Of a DNA stretch of 64,000 bases, positions 26,402 through 40,697 are shown in pieces. Below the pieces are notes generated by a model, which worked only from the letters and a program-made list of their open reading frames with translations, did no database searches and was not told the origin of the DNA. Numbering within the stretch: the first letter of the stretch is position 1; every line of letters begins with the position of its first letter. Both the position numbers and the translations under genes were made by a program. This DNA comes from Octopus vulgaris (taxonomy: Eukaryota): positions 34,162,001 through 34,226,000 of the forward strand of contig OX597842.1 in NCBI GenBank assembly GCA_951406725.2, given 5' to 3'.

Positions 26402-26450
26402 TTGTCAGTGAACAGGTCGCGGTCTTAAAGCGACGAAAATATTTTGACAA
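26402..26450 (+). ncRNA. Type-I hammerhead ribozyme fold with G3-C8 covariant core
   Basis: TTGTCA-GTGAACA-G-GTCGC..GCGAC-GAA-AATATT-T-TGACAA. Confidence 0.7.
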
Positions 26451-26541
26451 ATTAAATTTAAATGTTGAAGTGAATCGAACGGCTTTTGTGTGTTTCGTAA
26501 ATGGTTTATAAACACCTTCCATATATATATATATATATATA

Positions 26542-26745
26542 TTCTTTTATTTGTTTCAGTCATTTGACTGCGGCCATGCTGGAGCACCGCTATTTTAGTC
26601 GAGAAAATCGGCCCACGACTTCTTCTTTGTAAGTTTAGTACTTACCCTGTCGGTCTCTATTTGCCGAATGGCTAAGTTACGGGGACGTAAACACACCAAC
26701 ATCGGTGGTCAAGCGATGGTGGGGGTCAAATACAGACATAAAAAC
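26542..26745 (-). mobile_element. SINE family A, 3' half
   Basis: Reverse-complement tail match ending at the internal microsatellite. Confidence 0.8.
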
Positions 26746-26757
26746 ATATGCATATAC

Positions 26758-26953
<196 letters not shown>

Positions 26954-26955
26954 TA

Positions 26956-26990
<35 letters not shown>

Positions 26991-27176
26991 GAATGTGTAC
27001 TTACATATAAAAGAATAAGGTGTACGTACGCCGCTATAATATATATATAAAAATACAAAATGGGACTAGAACGCAAAGCATTCAAAGAGTACCAGGCTCA
27101 ATTCATTCGAGGGAAAAGTTCAAGTCTTTGCTCCAGTATGGCCGCAGTCTAATGACTGAAAAGAATAAAAGAATAT

Positions 27177-27243
<67 letters not shown>

Positions 27244-27261
27244 CATACATACATACATACA

Positions 27262-27333
<72 letters not shown>

Positions 27334-27500
27334 AGCCTTATAGCAGTCTGGAACAACCAAATCTTAGTCAGTCAGTTGATGGGCTCCACTACCTCAAATG
27401 TTCTTAAAATTTAAATCCACATCTTTGTCTATATATCTACCTTCTCTATAATGTTGCCACTTGATTTGAAAATGTTTGCATTGATGGGAAACCTCTATAA

Positions 27501-27587
27501 TTGGCTGATGAGTGCTCAGCATCTTTAAATCTGTTGTAATACTTACAACATTTAATAAAATGATGTAGTACGAAACGATTGTACCAA
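27501..27587 (+). ncRNA. Type-I hammerhead ribozyme fold, canonical core
   Basis: TTGG-CTGATGA-GTGCT..(inner TGTTGTAA/TTACAACA hairpin)..AGTAC-GAA-ACGATTGT-A-CCAA. Confidence 0.78.
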
Positions 27588-27616
27588 ATTACCGGAGTCA
27601 TTCTTGTTGCTTATTT

Positions 27617-27673
<57 letters not shown>

Positions 27674-27676
27674 CAA

Positions 27677-27708
<32 letters not shown>

Positions 27709-27789
27709 TCATATACACACACACACACCACACACACATATATATGCTTACATAAATAAATAGATACATACACATGCACACAAAAGGAA

Positions 27790-27920
27790 AAAAAAATGGC
27801 CGCCATCAAAAGCCAAACGCCAGGCGAGAATAAACCTAAAAGGGGGAGATAATTCATAATTTGTTTGTAGGTTTCCAGAAGCGGTGACCAATCAGCAATG
27901 ATTTATGGGCGGGAAAATAC
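27790..27920. promoter_or_regulatory. Candidate promoter/enhancer island
   Basis: AAAATGGCCGCCAT (YY1-like), GACCAATCAG (CCAAT box), TGATTTATGG (Pbx-Hox-like), GGCGGGAAA (E2F-like); motif evidence only. Confidence 0.4.
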
Positions 27921-28487
27921 GGTGGCTGCGACGACAGTGGCGGAGATGGTGGAGCTGGTGAGGTGGGGTGGTTGCAGCGGTCGAATCCACCACGGTGATA
28001 TAGATGGAGAAAAACGTATGATGACGGAATCTAGTGTGTGCTACGGTGCGGTGCGGCGCGGTGCGGTGCTGGGAATAAGGATCATGTATAAGCAATTGGT
28101 ACCCAATAAAATTGGCCCCTCTTTCTCTCTCTCTTTTTTTTTTTTGTAGTGGAGGGTTGATGTGAAGGGGGTTCTTCTATGGGGAAGAATTAATCTATTT
28201 TGGTCTTGGTTCGAGGGAGAAAATTTGATTTACGAACGGTAGCTCGTTTGGGAACTGGACACCAGGGGGAGCTAGTGTGCAAGAGTTTGTAAGAATATAG
28301 GTTTGATATGTAGAAATAATATCAAATGTGTATATGTATATATGTATACATCTACATATACATATATTATATATTTGTACATACATATATAAATATATAT
28401 ATGTAAGTATGTAGATATATATGTGTGTATGTGTATGTCATTATATATATATAGAAATATATCTCATGAATATACATATGTATAGGC

Positions 28488-28568
<81 letters not shown>

Positions 28569-28779
28569 TATATACATATATATCATCACAAATATATATA
28601 TATATATATATGTATATACACACGGGCTTGCGCACGCACACATATATATACATATATATATATATATATACCGATACAAAAGTATAGATACATAATATGC
28701 GTATATATGTATGCATGTATGGACGTCAGTATGTATGCTTCTATATAAACAAATATGTATGTATATTTGTATGTATATA

Positions 28780-28850
<71 letters not shown>

Positions 28851-29303
28851 ATATATATATGTATGTATGTATGTATGTGTGTATGTATGTATGTATGTAT
28901 GTATGTATGATTGTATGTATTTATATTTGTACTTCTGCGTAAGTATAGACTGATGCGTGATAGAGTGTGGGAGCGAAAAACAAAACGGGAGAAACTTGAA
29001 CAGACGGATTTGAGACAATAAGGCGCCGAAATTCGATGCCGAAATATACGAATCTGTATGTGTGTCTGAGTGTGTGTTTGTGTGTGTGTGTGTCTGTGTT
29101 TATATGCATGTAGGTGTATATGTAGATATATATATATATAGATATTAATTAGATATAGATATATATATATACATATATGTATATAGGTCTATATATGTAT
29201 ATATATGCATGAATATATATATATATATATATATATTTGTGTATGTATGTATATATATGTATATGTATATATTTGAATACATACGTATGTATGCATATTT
29301 ATA

Positions 29304-29365
<62 letters not shown>

Positions 29366-29428
29366 TGTGTATGTATACATGCACGTAAATAATTATGTAT
29401 GCATATGTATACGTATGACAATTTCAAA

Positions 29429-29471
<43 letters not shown>

Positions 29472-29531
29472 GAATATATGTGTATATATATATACACACA
29501 CAACCACACATCCACATATCCGTACATAAAT

Positions 29532-29571
<40 letters not shown>

Positions 29572-29590
29572 ACATGCATACATACATATA

Positions 29591-29634
<44 letters not shown>

Positions 29635-29653
29635 CATATATATATATACATAC

Positions 29654-29684
<31 letters not shown>

Positions 29685-29876
29685 CATATATATATATGAG
29701 GTACAAGGGATATATACACATGTAACTGGTATAAGGTATATACACACATACGAATTGTTTCTGTTTCTCTCATTTGGTATGTGATCGTTTCTGGATATAC
29801 ACAAACATACATACAAGCCTATGTATATATACGTATATAATTGTGTGTATATATATTTATATATATATAAATATAA

Positions 29877-29951
<75 letters not shown>

Positions 29952-30350
29952 AACGTATGTATGCATACAAACCCATGTATATATACGTATAGAATTGTAT
30001 ATATATATATATATGTATATGTATATATATACACATATACATATATGTACATATATTTGTTTGTATATGTATAGTTATATATACATTCCGCTATATATGC
30101 TTCATACATGTACATATATATGCATGTATAAATTATATGTTTATATATATATATACACATCAAATTTATATACACTTGTTTGGCTATATATGAGTAAATT
30201 CAATTATATATATATATATATACATATATATACGTATTTATATATGCATAAATATATGTGTATGTATGTATATGTATATATGTGTACTTATCAATATGTG
30301 TATATGATAATATATAAATAAATATATATATATGTATATATGTATATATG

Positions 30351-30383
<33 letters not shown>

Positions 30384-30792
30384 GTATATATATATACACG
30401 AATGTATGTATAGTTACTTATATACATGTAAATATGTATATACACGTTCGGAGAGATAAAAAAAATCTTATACATATACATAAAAACATGTAAATAAGTA
30501 TGGGCGATCGCACGTGTGTGTATACATGTAGCTATGTATGCGTGTATATATCTATGTATTTATGCATGTATGTATATATCTGCTTAGCTAGGATTTTGTA
30601 TGAAAATAAACAGAGACATGACGCAGACATTATTATACGAATATCTATAAATTATACATCATATATGCATTTATATACACATATATATACACACTCACAC
30701 ACACACACTTATATATATATATATTTATATATGTATATATTTATATATATATATATTTATATATATATATATACATGTTATTACATCTATAT

Positions 30793-30823
<31 letters not shown>

Positions 30824-31088
30824 CATATATATATACACGTTTTTATATAGGCACATACGCAAGTAAGTGTATATGACATTGTCACTTGGCATTAAATATC
30901 ACATTAATTCATCCATATAACTTAACACCCCTCCATCATATACATACCTTATTTATAATATATACAAACACACACATCCCGTCACATCTATGGGTTATAT
31001 ATATATATATTTACATACATATATACATACACGTAAAAATACATTCATATATATATATATATATATATATACGTATATTCAGACACAG

Positions 31089-31125
<37 letters not shown>

Positions 31126-31372
31126 GATAGATATATATATATACATTGTATATATATGTATATGTATATATATATGTATATATACTTATGTATATGTGTG
31201 TATGTAATATGCGGTCACAACCCCAAACCCTTACATAAATATATACAAACCCAAGTGGGGTTTGCTCGTATCGTCACATATGTGTAAAAGAACTCGACTT
31301 TTACTAAAAAGCGAACGCAGATATATGCTTTTGTTTATTGATAAACATATCTCTATTTCATATTTCTTTTCA

Positions 31373-31440
<68 letters not shown>

Positions 31441-31664
31441 CACATATGTATACATACATACAAACATATATATATATAAATATATAAAAACATACATATA
31501 TATGTATATATATGTATATATATATATATATATATACATATATATGTATGTTTTTATATATTTATATATATATGTTTGTATGTATACATATGTGTATGTA
31601 TATATATATATTTGTATCGATACATATTTGCTTTTATGTATGTGTATTTATATATATTTATATA

Positions 31665-31744
<80 letters not shown>

Positions 31745-31844
31745 AGTGTGTGTATAAGTATATAAAAATATGTGTGTACGTGTCTTCAATAGTATTTTAC
31801 ATATATTCTTTTACAAAATTGAGGGAATGTATAGTTTTAATTAA

Positions 31845-31908
<64 letters not shown>

Positions 31909-31913
<5 letters not shown>

Positions 31914-32035
31914 AAAGAGACGGATAGAATAAGTACTGGGCTTACAAAGAATAAGTCCCGGGGTCGAGTTGCTCGATTAAAGGAGGTGCTCCAGCATGGC
32001 CGCAATCAAAATGACTGAAACAAGTAAAAAGAGAA
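31909..32035 (+). mobile_element. SINE family A, 3' fragment
   Basis: GGCAAAAGAGACGGATAGAATAAGTACTGGG..TGACTGAAACAAGTAAAA. Confidence 0.85.
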
Positions 32036-32059
32036 AAAGAGATACAGATATATACATAC

Positions 32060-32110
<51 letters not shown>

Positions 32111-32712
32111 AATATGTGGAGACGTGTGTTTGTGCATTCGAGTATAAATACATATATACCTATATACATAGATATATATATATGTATATGTACACGCATA
32201 AATATACTAAATACACATACGCCAAAGAAACCGGGAAACCGGCCCTTAGGAACCGAGTAGGGCTCGAAACGGAACAAATGAAAAAAAAAAACTCCATCCG
32301 ATTGCGCTCAAATTTGATATGTAGATACCGACGGTATGAGAGCATGTATAAGTCTTGAAACAATCTAAAAAATCGATTCCAGGTGAGAATGCGATCGATA
32401 AAGCCGCGGGAACGTGCATTTGTACGCGCAAGTGCATCAGCTGTTGCGATGTACATACTGGTACTTTTAACTCTTCGGTTGCATATTTGTGTGAATAAAA
32501 TCGTTTTTCTTTGGAATAGAAAAAAGTATATCTTTATCTCTTCTGTTGCTGGTGTTTCAAATTTAGGTTAAATCAGTGTTTCTCAAAGGGGAGGCCTATG
32601 GGACGGTCGGACAAGTTGTTTTGAGAAATTTTGGCTTAAATGTTTGACAACTCAGCACCGTCGATTGGACGGGGGGCGTTTTGCTCATATATATATATAC
32701 ACACACACATAG

Positions 32713-32745
<33 letters not shown>

Positions 32746-32773
32746 CATAGGCTCAGGGGTGGCTGAGTGCATA

Positions 32774-32935
32774 GGCGCAAGAGTGGTTGTATGGTAAGAA
32801 GCTTGCTTCCCAACCACATGACTCTGGGTTCAGTCCCACGGCGTGGAATCTTGAGCAAGTGTCTTCTACTATAGCCTCAGGCCGTTGAAAGTCTTGTGAG
32901 TGGATTTGCTAGACGGAAACTGAAAGAAGCCCGTC

Positions 32936-32977
<42 letters not shown>

Positions 32978-33202
32978 ACATATGAATGTATATAATTGTT
33001 ATTTGCGTCTGTGTTTGTCGCCCCCACCACCATCGCTTGACAACCGATGTTAGTGTGCTTTCGTCTCCGTCTCCTAGCGGTTCGGCAAAAAGAGACCGAT
33101 GGGATAAGTACTTGGCTTACGAAGAACAATTCATAGGAACGATTCGTTCGACTAAAGGTGGTGCTCCAGAAATGCCTGAAACAAATACAAGAATAAAAGA
33201 AT
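32774..33202 (+). mobile_element. SINE family A, diverged
   Basis: Head, internal (TA)n and tail all recognisable. Confidence 0.82.
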
Positions 33203-33544
33203 ATATATACATACACACACACAAACACGCACACATACACACACACACATCTTATTAATAGATGAGTGTGTTGTCTGGTAGTGCCACATTTGTTTCGTTA
33301 AGAATCTTCATAGTGACGTAAACATAGGAGAGTCGGGTATAGAGTTTCCACAACATTCGTCAAATTACGTAATATGTTGTGCAACCCTCAACTCATCAGG
33401 CTTAACAAACAGACAAGCGAGCAGTAACCTGCTGTGTAAGCAGCAAGTCATGAAATCTGTTGTGAGTGATTCTATCAACGCAATAATCCTGGCGTGATTC
33501 ACTTTGTTATGCCATGATATTTTTTAAGAACACCCTGATGTATC

Positions 33545-33745
33545 GGAAGCCACTACACACATTTTTTCTCTCCTTTTTTCTCTCTTTGTTTCTCTCCTTG
33601 TTTTTTTTCTGTATACCTTTCTGTAGAAGAGCGTAGGCTCGAAACTTAAAAGACATTTATCAATTCCTGAGCGTTATACTAATATATCATTTTGTTTTGT
33701 ATATCACCTGTCTTCGTCTTTTGTTATTTTCGTGAACTCCCCCTA
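33545..33745 (+). mobile_element. ~200-bp element with hammerhead-like motif (33616-33653, CUGUAGA core)
   Basis: Homologous to 38135-38337 and 54788-54975; CCTTT-CTGTAGA-A-GAGCGTAGGCTC-GAA-ACTT-A-AAAGA. Confidence 0.7.
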
Positions 33746-33794
33746 TATATCTATCTAACTATCTATCTATCTACCTATCCATTTTTTTTTTTTT

Positions 33795-33908
33795 TAACCT
33801 TCGAAAGAAAAGCTCTACCTTGTAATTTGTTCTATCTGTGTGCAGCCCTGTGTGCAGCCCTGTGTGCAGCCCTGTGTGCAGCCCTGTGTGGCTAATAAAG
33901 AAACATAT
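33795..33908 (+). mobile_element. Tx1/L1-like LINE extreme 3' end with four copies of TGTGTGCAGCCC
   Basis: AAAAGCTCTACCTTGTAATTTG..GGCTAATAAAGAAACATATC; degenerate TATC repeats on both sides. Confidence 0.85.
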
Positions 33909-33964
33909 CTACCTATCCATCCATCTATTTATATCTATCTATTTATATCTATATATATATACAA

Positions 33965-33996
<32 letters not shown>

Positions 33997-34014
33997 GTGG
34001 AGAGAGAGAGAGAG

Positions 34015-34098
<84 letters not shown>

Positions 34099-34559
34099 GT
34101 TAAATGCTCGAAATACGAGACTAGAAAGACAGCCAACAACTAATGACCATAACCACCACCACAACCACACCATCACCACCACCACCACAACCACCACAAT
34201 CACCGCAACCGCTACCACCACCATCAAAACCACTGCAAACACACAACCACCACCATCACCACCACAAAATCTACCACAACCACTACCACCACCATCACCA
34301 CCACAAAATCTACCACAACTACTACCACCACCACAACCATCACTGCTACCAACAACAAGAATACCGACACCATCATCACCACTACCGCCAATAACATCCC
34401 CGCAACCACCACAACCATTAACAGCAGCGCCACCACCTTGACCACCGGCACGACCTCTGCAGGACACAGACATCTACGACGGCGCGAATGAGATCTCGAA
34501 ACCCGAGAACAGCTGCCTGCAAGCACAGAATTTCAAATATTCTTCAGTATTACACCGTT

Positions 34560-35050
34560 CCACCACCCACCACCACCACCGCCAACAACACCGCCACCAC
34601 CACCACCACCACCACCACCGCCGCCGCCGCCGCCGCCGCCAACAACACCGCCACCACCACCACCACCACCACCACCACCACCACCACCGCCGCCAACAAC
34701 ACCGCCACCACCACCACCACCACCGCCAACAACACCGCCACCACCACCACCGCCACCACCACCACCACCACCACCACCAACAACACCAACACCACCACCA
34801 CCACCACCACCACCACCACCACCACCACCGCCGCCAACAACACCGCCACCACCACCACCACCACCGCCGCCGCCAACAACACCGCCACCACCACCACCAC
34901 CACCGCCGCCAACAACACCGCCACCACCACCACCACCACTACCACCACCGCCACCGCCGCCGCCACCACCACCACCACCACCACCACCACCGCCGCCGCA
35001 ACAACACCGCCGCCACCACCACCACCGCCGCCAACAACACCGCCACCACC
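34560..35050. repeat. Compound (ACC)/(GCC)/(AAC) trinucleotide repeat with recurring GCCAACAACACCGCC unit
   Basis: Direct reading. Confidence 0.9.
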
Positions 35051-35407
35051 ATCGTCGTCAGCAACATTGTCAGCGTTGTCAGCGTCGTCAGCGTCCACAC
35101 CTGTGCAACAAGACGTATCTCTTTGTAAATCAGACACGGAGCCAGAGACAGACGGACGGACGGACGGACGGACGGACGGACGGACAGAAAGACAGGCAGT
35201 CAGTCAGAGAGGATGAGTGATTGAGGGACGAAGAAGAGACAGTGAGAGAGCGAGAGGGAGAGGAGAGGAAGAGGGAGTCAAGAGAGAGAGAGAGAGAGAG
35301 AGAAGAAGGACAGACGAACAAGGAGAAGTACTGTCCAGAGGATTAATAAGAAAGATATAAAGAGAGAGAGAGAGAGAGAGAACAAGAGACATAGATGTAT
35401 TGAAACC

Positions 35408-35470
<63 letters not shown>

Positions 35471-35612
35471 AGAAAGAGAGGGGTTTGTGTTATATTTATA
35501 TAGTGAGTGAGTGTCACAAATTACGTGATAAAGAGAGAGAAATAGAGTGCTAGAGTAAAACAGAGGAGCAGAGAGAGATTGTAAGATAGAGAGGGAACCA
35601 CATGCGGAGACT

Positions 35613-35652
<40 letters not shown>

Positions 35653-35711
35653 CAGAGAGATAGATGCAAATAGATAGATAGATTGGTAGATAGTTAGATA
35701 AAGAGAGACAG

Positions 35712-35965
<254 letters not shown>

Positions 35966-36286
35966 CAACAGACAGACAGACAGATAGATAGATGCAAATA
36001 GGTAGATAGATAGATAGATAGATTGATAGATAGAGAGACAGACAGACAGAAAGAGAGAGAGAGCTAGAATAGAAGAGGGTTTTTGTAGATTTATCTGTGA
36101 ATATTGTGTGACCGTGCTAGCTTTGCAAATGGCGTCCGATGATGCGTGTGAAAACGAGGCTGCCTGCTCACACAGCCTGCGGCCATCAGCGATGTGTCTT
36201 TCCGGAATCTATCTCGCATGACGGAACACAACAGTTTTGAAAATTTTTCATCAAATATATTCGTGAAGATGTGTGAAGAGGGAGCC

Positions 36287-36341
<55 letters not shown>

Positions 36342-36590
36342 GTGATGATGATGGTGATGATGATGTGGTGATGATATTGTTGATGTTGTTGTTGTTGTTG
36401 TTGTTGCTGTTGTCGGCGGTGGTGGTAGTAGTGGTGGTGGTGGTGGTGGTGGTGGTCATGGTGGTGGTGGGGGTGGCGGCGGCGACGATAGCGGTAGTCA
36501 TGGCTGCGGTGGTGGGAAGTAGTGGGTGGGGGGGGGGGGCGAGTAGCGGAGGTGGCGAGGTGGTAATAGCAATATTAACGGTGGAGGTGG

Positions 36591-36639
<49 letters not shown>

Positions 36640-36674
36640 GGTGGTGGTGGTGGTGGTGATGATGATGGTGATGT

Positions 36675-36727
<53 letters not shown>

Positions 36728-36777
36728 TTGATGATGATGATGATGATGATGATGTTGATGATGATGATGACGACAAC

Positions 36778-36808
<31 letters not shown>

Positions 36809-37200
36809 GTTGGTGTTGCTGGTGATGAAAATGATAATGAGGAGGAGGAGGAGGAGGACGACGAAGCGAAGGTTTGCGATGATGTTGATGATTATTGTGA
36901 TGATGATGATGATCAAAATGATGAGGAGGAGGTGAAAAAGAATGATGAAGACGATGATGATGATGATGATGATGATGATGACGTAGTGTGTTAAGAAGTG
37001 CAAGGACAAGTTGATGATGAAGATGAGGATGAGGGGGAAGATGAAGAGAATGAGAAAGATGTTGTTGATGACTACGACGACAACAGCGATTAGTCAGATG
37101 ATGGTGGTGATGATGACAATGATGATGATGTTTATGATGATGATGATGATGATGATGACGACGGCGTTGGAGATGATGATGAGCACGATGATGATGACTA
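36287..37200. repeat. (GAT)/(GGT)/(GAG) low-complexity trinucleotide region
   Basis: Direct reading; source of poly-D/M/V/H/S ORFs. Confidence 0.9.
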
Positions 37201-37709
37201 ACGGTGATTGTTATTGTTCCATTGTTATCATCGTTTAACCCCAAGTCAGCACTCATCGAGCAAACTAACAACTCAGAAGTGTTCCGCCCAAGCCCATCCT
37301 GCCTTTTGGATATCCAGAAACGTTTGATCTCGTGTGTGACCTTCATTATGTTCAAGACAGAATGGGTGTGATATAAAGGGCGTTCATAGATAGATACATA
37401 AAGGGATCAAGGAATAGATAGATAGGTAGATAGATAGAGAGAGAGAGAGAGAGATACATGCATATATACATACATACATACACACAAACATACAAACAAA
37501 AATACCCTGTTGTTGATATGGAAATTTCACCGAAGGAACCTTGAATCTAGGTTAGAAACCGGCTCTTTAAAAATATTAGGATTTCATTAAAAATCATGCT
37601 TGTTTTTTGGAAGTATCTATATATATATACACAGAAATTCATATTATATACAAAGAAGTTCAAATATATATGGTATATATACACAGAAGTTCAAAAGGTC
37701 TTATTTGGT

Positions 37710-37750
<41 letters not shown>

Positions 37751-37756
<6 letters not shown>

Positions 37757-37909
37757 GAAAAAAGCAACAAGAATTGATTAAAATCTCGGTATGATCGTTT
37801 CGTACGAGGACATCTTTAATAAGTTACAAAAAATGCAGTGAATACAGATGGCTCGTACGAAACGATCATACCGAGATTTTAATCCATTCTTGTTGCTTTT
37901 TTCCTATTT
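37751..37909. repeat. Inverted repeat (~58-bp arms) carrying the 3' half of a hammerhead-like motif
   Basis: AAATAGGAAAAAAGCAACAAGAAT..TTTCGTACGAG and its reverse complement; GTACGAAACGATCATACC resembles 27568-27585. Confidence 0.9.
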
Positions 37910-38018
37910 GTAATCACCCCACTTGTCGTATGATTAACACCATATAGATATCCGGTGCATCCTAGTTAAGGACCATATTCATGTGAATTCTTTAGAATTC
38001 ACTAGAATCTCAATTACT

Positions 38019-38120
<102 letters not shown>

Positions 38121-38134
38121 ATATATTATATGTT

Positions 38135-38334
38135 GGATCGTTAGCCCCTACACGCAATTTTTTTCTCTCCTTGTTTCTCTCCTAGTTTCTTTTCTGTGTA
38201 TCTTTCTGTTGAAGAGCGTAGGCTCGAAACGTAAAAGACTTGTTTTATTTCTATTCCTGAGCGCCATACTTAATACTTTGTTTGTTTGTATTCCACCTGC
38301 CTTCGTCTTTTGTTTATTTTCGTAAACCTTCCCG

Positions 38335-38337
<3 letters not shown>
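38135..38337 (+). mobile_element. ~200-bp element with hammerhead-like motif (38201-38238, CUGUUGA core)
   Basis: TCTTT-CTGTTGA-A-GAGC-GTAG-GCTC-GAA-ACGT-A-AAAGA; (TA)n on both sides. Confidence 0.75.
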
Positions 38338-38402
<65 letters not shown>

Positions 38403-38835
38403 GGAGATATATTTAAGAGTTTACAAAAAATTTGAGATGACCTGCTTTAGCATATTTTTCGTTTTCTGTGAAGTTAAAGGCTGTTTGCTTAGCAAGTGAA
38501 ATCCTGATATTTTTAATGAACTTTTTAATATTTTCTCAAGACTTTTCCTTGTAAAACTGTTCTTAACATTTTCTTATTATTATCAAAGAATGTATATATG
38601 TATTGTAATACTTTTGTGACAACCAGTACTTAACATAACAAAGCTTCTCCAAAGCTTTTACATTTTACTTTTGACAATCTTTTTCTAAAATGTGAAATCG
38701 GTCAAGTGAATAACCATCTTTTAAAATTGCATTTTCAAACCTTCTTTCATATATATATATATATAAACATCATCTGTGAGAATTTTTCTTAAAGTAGTGG
38801 AAATGGCTAAAAAACTTTTTGGCTGCTATTTTATA

Positions 38836-38868
<33 letters not shown>

Positions 38869-38871
<3 letters not shown>

Positions 38872-39257
38872 TGGCAGTGCGGTAAAAAGCTTGCTAACCA
38901 GCCACATGTTTCCGGGTTCAGTCCCACTGCGTGGCATCTTGGGCGAGTGTCTTCTGCTATAGCCTGGGGGCCGACCAATGCCTTGTGAGTAGACGGAAAC
39001 TGAAAGAAGCCTGTCGTATATTTGTATATATATATGTATGTGTGTGTGTGTGTGTTTGTGTGGCTGTGTTTATCCCCCTAGCATTGCTTGACAACCGATG
39101 CTGGTGTGTTTACGTCCGCGTCACTTAGCGGTTCGGCAAAAAGAGACCGATAGAATAAGTACTGGGCTTACAAAGAATAAGTCCCGGGGTCGATTTGCTT
39201 GACTAAAGGCGGTGCTCGAGCATGGCCGCAGTCAAATGACTGAAACAAGTAAAAGAA
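38869..39257 (+). mobile_element. SINE family A
   Basis: Near full-length match. Confidence 0.9.
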
Positions 39258-39283
39258 TATATATATATATACACATACACACT

Positions 39284-39345
<62 letters not shown>

Positions 39346-39349
39346 CAAT

Positions 39350-39605
39350 AGGGTCATAAGAAATTATTATTACCAGTGGCCTAGCACAGAAGGAATTAGT
39401 CATTAGACTATATATTATTCACATAGAAATACATCAAGAGGCTTCCAAATAGGAAAACCTTGTGCTAGAAAGAGCAGTAGAAAACTCAAACCACCAATTA
39501 GGGATAAATTCTTCGAAAGGAATGAAAATTAAAAACGTTTACCATCTCAATTATTTCCCAGACCATGGTTTCTAAACATTTCCAGCAAAAAAACTGGCCT
39601 CAGCG
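39350..39605 (-). mobile_element. Diverged, permuted relative of the 19188-19670 unit
   Basis: Segment matching 19568-19658 is followed directly by segment matching 19210-19342, ending GACCATGGTTTC. Confidence 0.7.
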
Positions 39606-39606
39606 A

Positions 39607-39640
<34 letters not shown>

Positions 39641-39660
39641 ATGTATGTATGTATGCATAC

Positions 39661-39811
39661 ACGACAGGCTTCCTTCAGTTTCCGTCTACCAAATACATTC
39701 ACAAGTCTTCGGTCGGCTGGAGGCTATAGAAGACACCTGCCCAAGGTGCCATGTAGTGGGACTGAACCCGGAACCAAGTGGTTGGGAAAAAGCTGCTTAC
39801 CACACAGCCAC
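39661..39811 (-). mobile_element. SINE family A, 5' half
   Basis: ACGACAGGCTTCCTTCAGTTTCCGTC..CCACACAGCCAC. Confidence 0.82.
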
Positions 39812-39819
39812 ACACACAT

Positions 39820-39891
<72 letters not shown>

Positions 39892-39905
39892 ATATTTCGG
39901 AATGG

Positions 39906-39938
<33 letters not shown>

Positions 39939-39941
<3 letters not shown>

Positions 39942-40315
39942 GCAGTATCGCCCGGCGTTGCTCAGGTTTGTAAGGGAAATAACTATAAAGCATTTTTAGA
40001 GAGTTATAGCCAAAAAATAGCAAAAAAATGGAAAAAAAATGATGGTAAATTTTTTTGAGAGTTAAAAAAGGTGGAGTTGCGTCCCCTAGACGGTCTGTGG
40101 TTTGGGTTTCTGATTCTCGACCCCATGTCGAATTTATCGATTTTTTTCAGAACTGGGGGAACTTTTCAAAATTTTCGCTGCGTTAGTTTTGAATTATGAC
40201 ATTGGGCTATGTGTGTGTCAAGTTTCATCAGAATCGGTTGAAAGCCGTGGTCAGAGTGAGGGTACGAGAAAACAGACACACAGAAACACGCACAGACAAA
40301 CTGCCGTTTATATAT

Positions 40316-40318
<3 letters not shown>
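39939..40318 (-). mobile_element. Non-autonomous Helitron-like element (copy 3)
   Basis: Reverse complement of 18261-18627; terminal CTAG mutated at one base; embedded in (TA)n. Confidence 0.8.
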
Positions 40319-40359
<41 letters not shown>

Positions 40360-40467
40360 GTATATATAAGTATGTATATATTTATATATACAAAATGTGA
40401 CCGCGTGTGTACCGTAGGCGATTTTTTTTCCTCTGTCTTCCCTTCTCTGGATCTTTCCTTCTCCTAT

Positions 40468-40502
40468 GTTTCCGACGAAGAGCTCCGCTCGAAACGTTAA
40501 AC
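40468..40502 (+). ncRNA. Minimal hammerhead-like motif (U4C core) within a ~200-bp element
   Basis: GTTT-CCGACGA-A-GAGC-TCC-GCTC-GAA-ACGT-T-AAAC. Confidence 0.6.
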
Positions 40503-40648
40503 CCTCCTTCTTTCCTGAGCGTTCAATAATACTATAGTTGTTCCACGTCCTTGCGTTTTTGTGTTTTTTTGTGCTTTCTTGTTTGGATTAACTATATATA
40601 TATATTTATATATAAAGTATATATATATGTATGTATATACATATATAT

Positions 40649-40697
<49 letters not shown>

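Noticed and set aside
27895-28115. Hox-cluster locus suggested by Pbx-Hox-like motifs
   Set aside because: No homeobox exon or miR-10-like sequence was seen in the window; short motifs alone are insufficient.
32574-32690. hAT-like terminus CAGTGTTTCTCAA
   Set aside because: No matching opposite terminus or 8-bp TSD found.
33260-33540. Possible decayed Tc1/mariner end (reverse complement CAGGGTGTTCTT)
   Set aside because: Only one putative terminal repeat and no clear transposase motif.
34097-35216. Mucin-, His- or Gly-rich ORFs over the ACC/GCC/AAC repeat
   Set aside because: Open in several frames because of repeat composition; acceptor-like sites exist but no coherent exon chain can be built.
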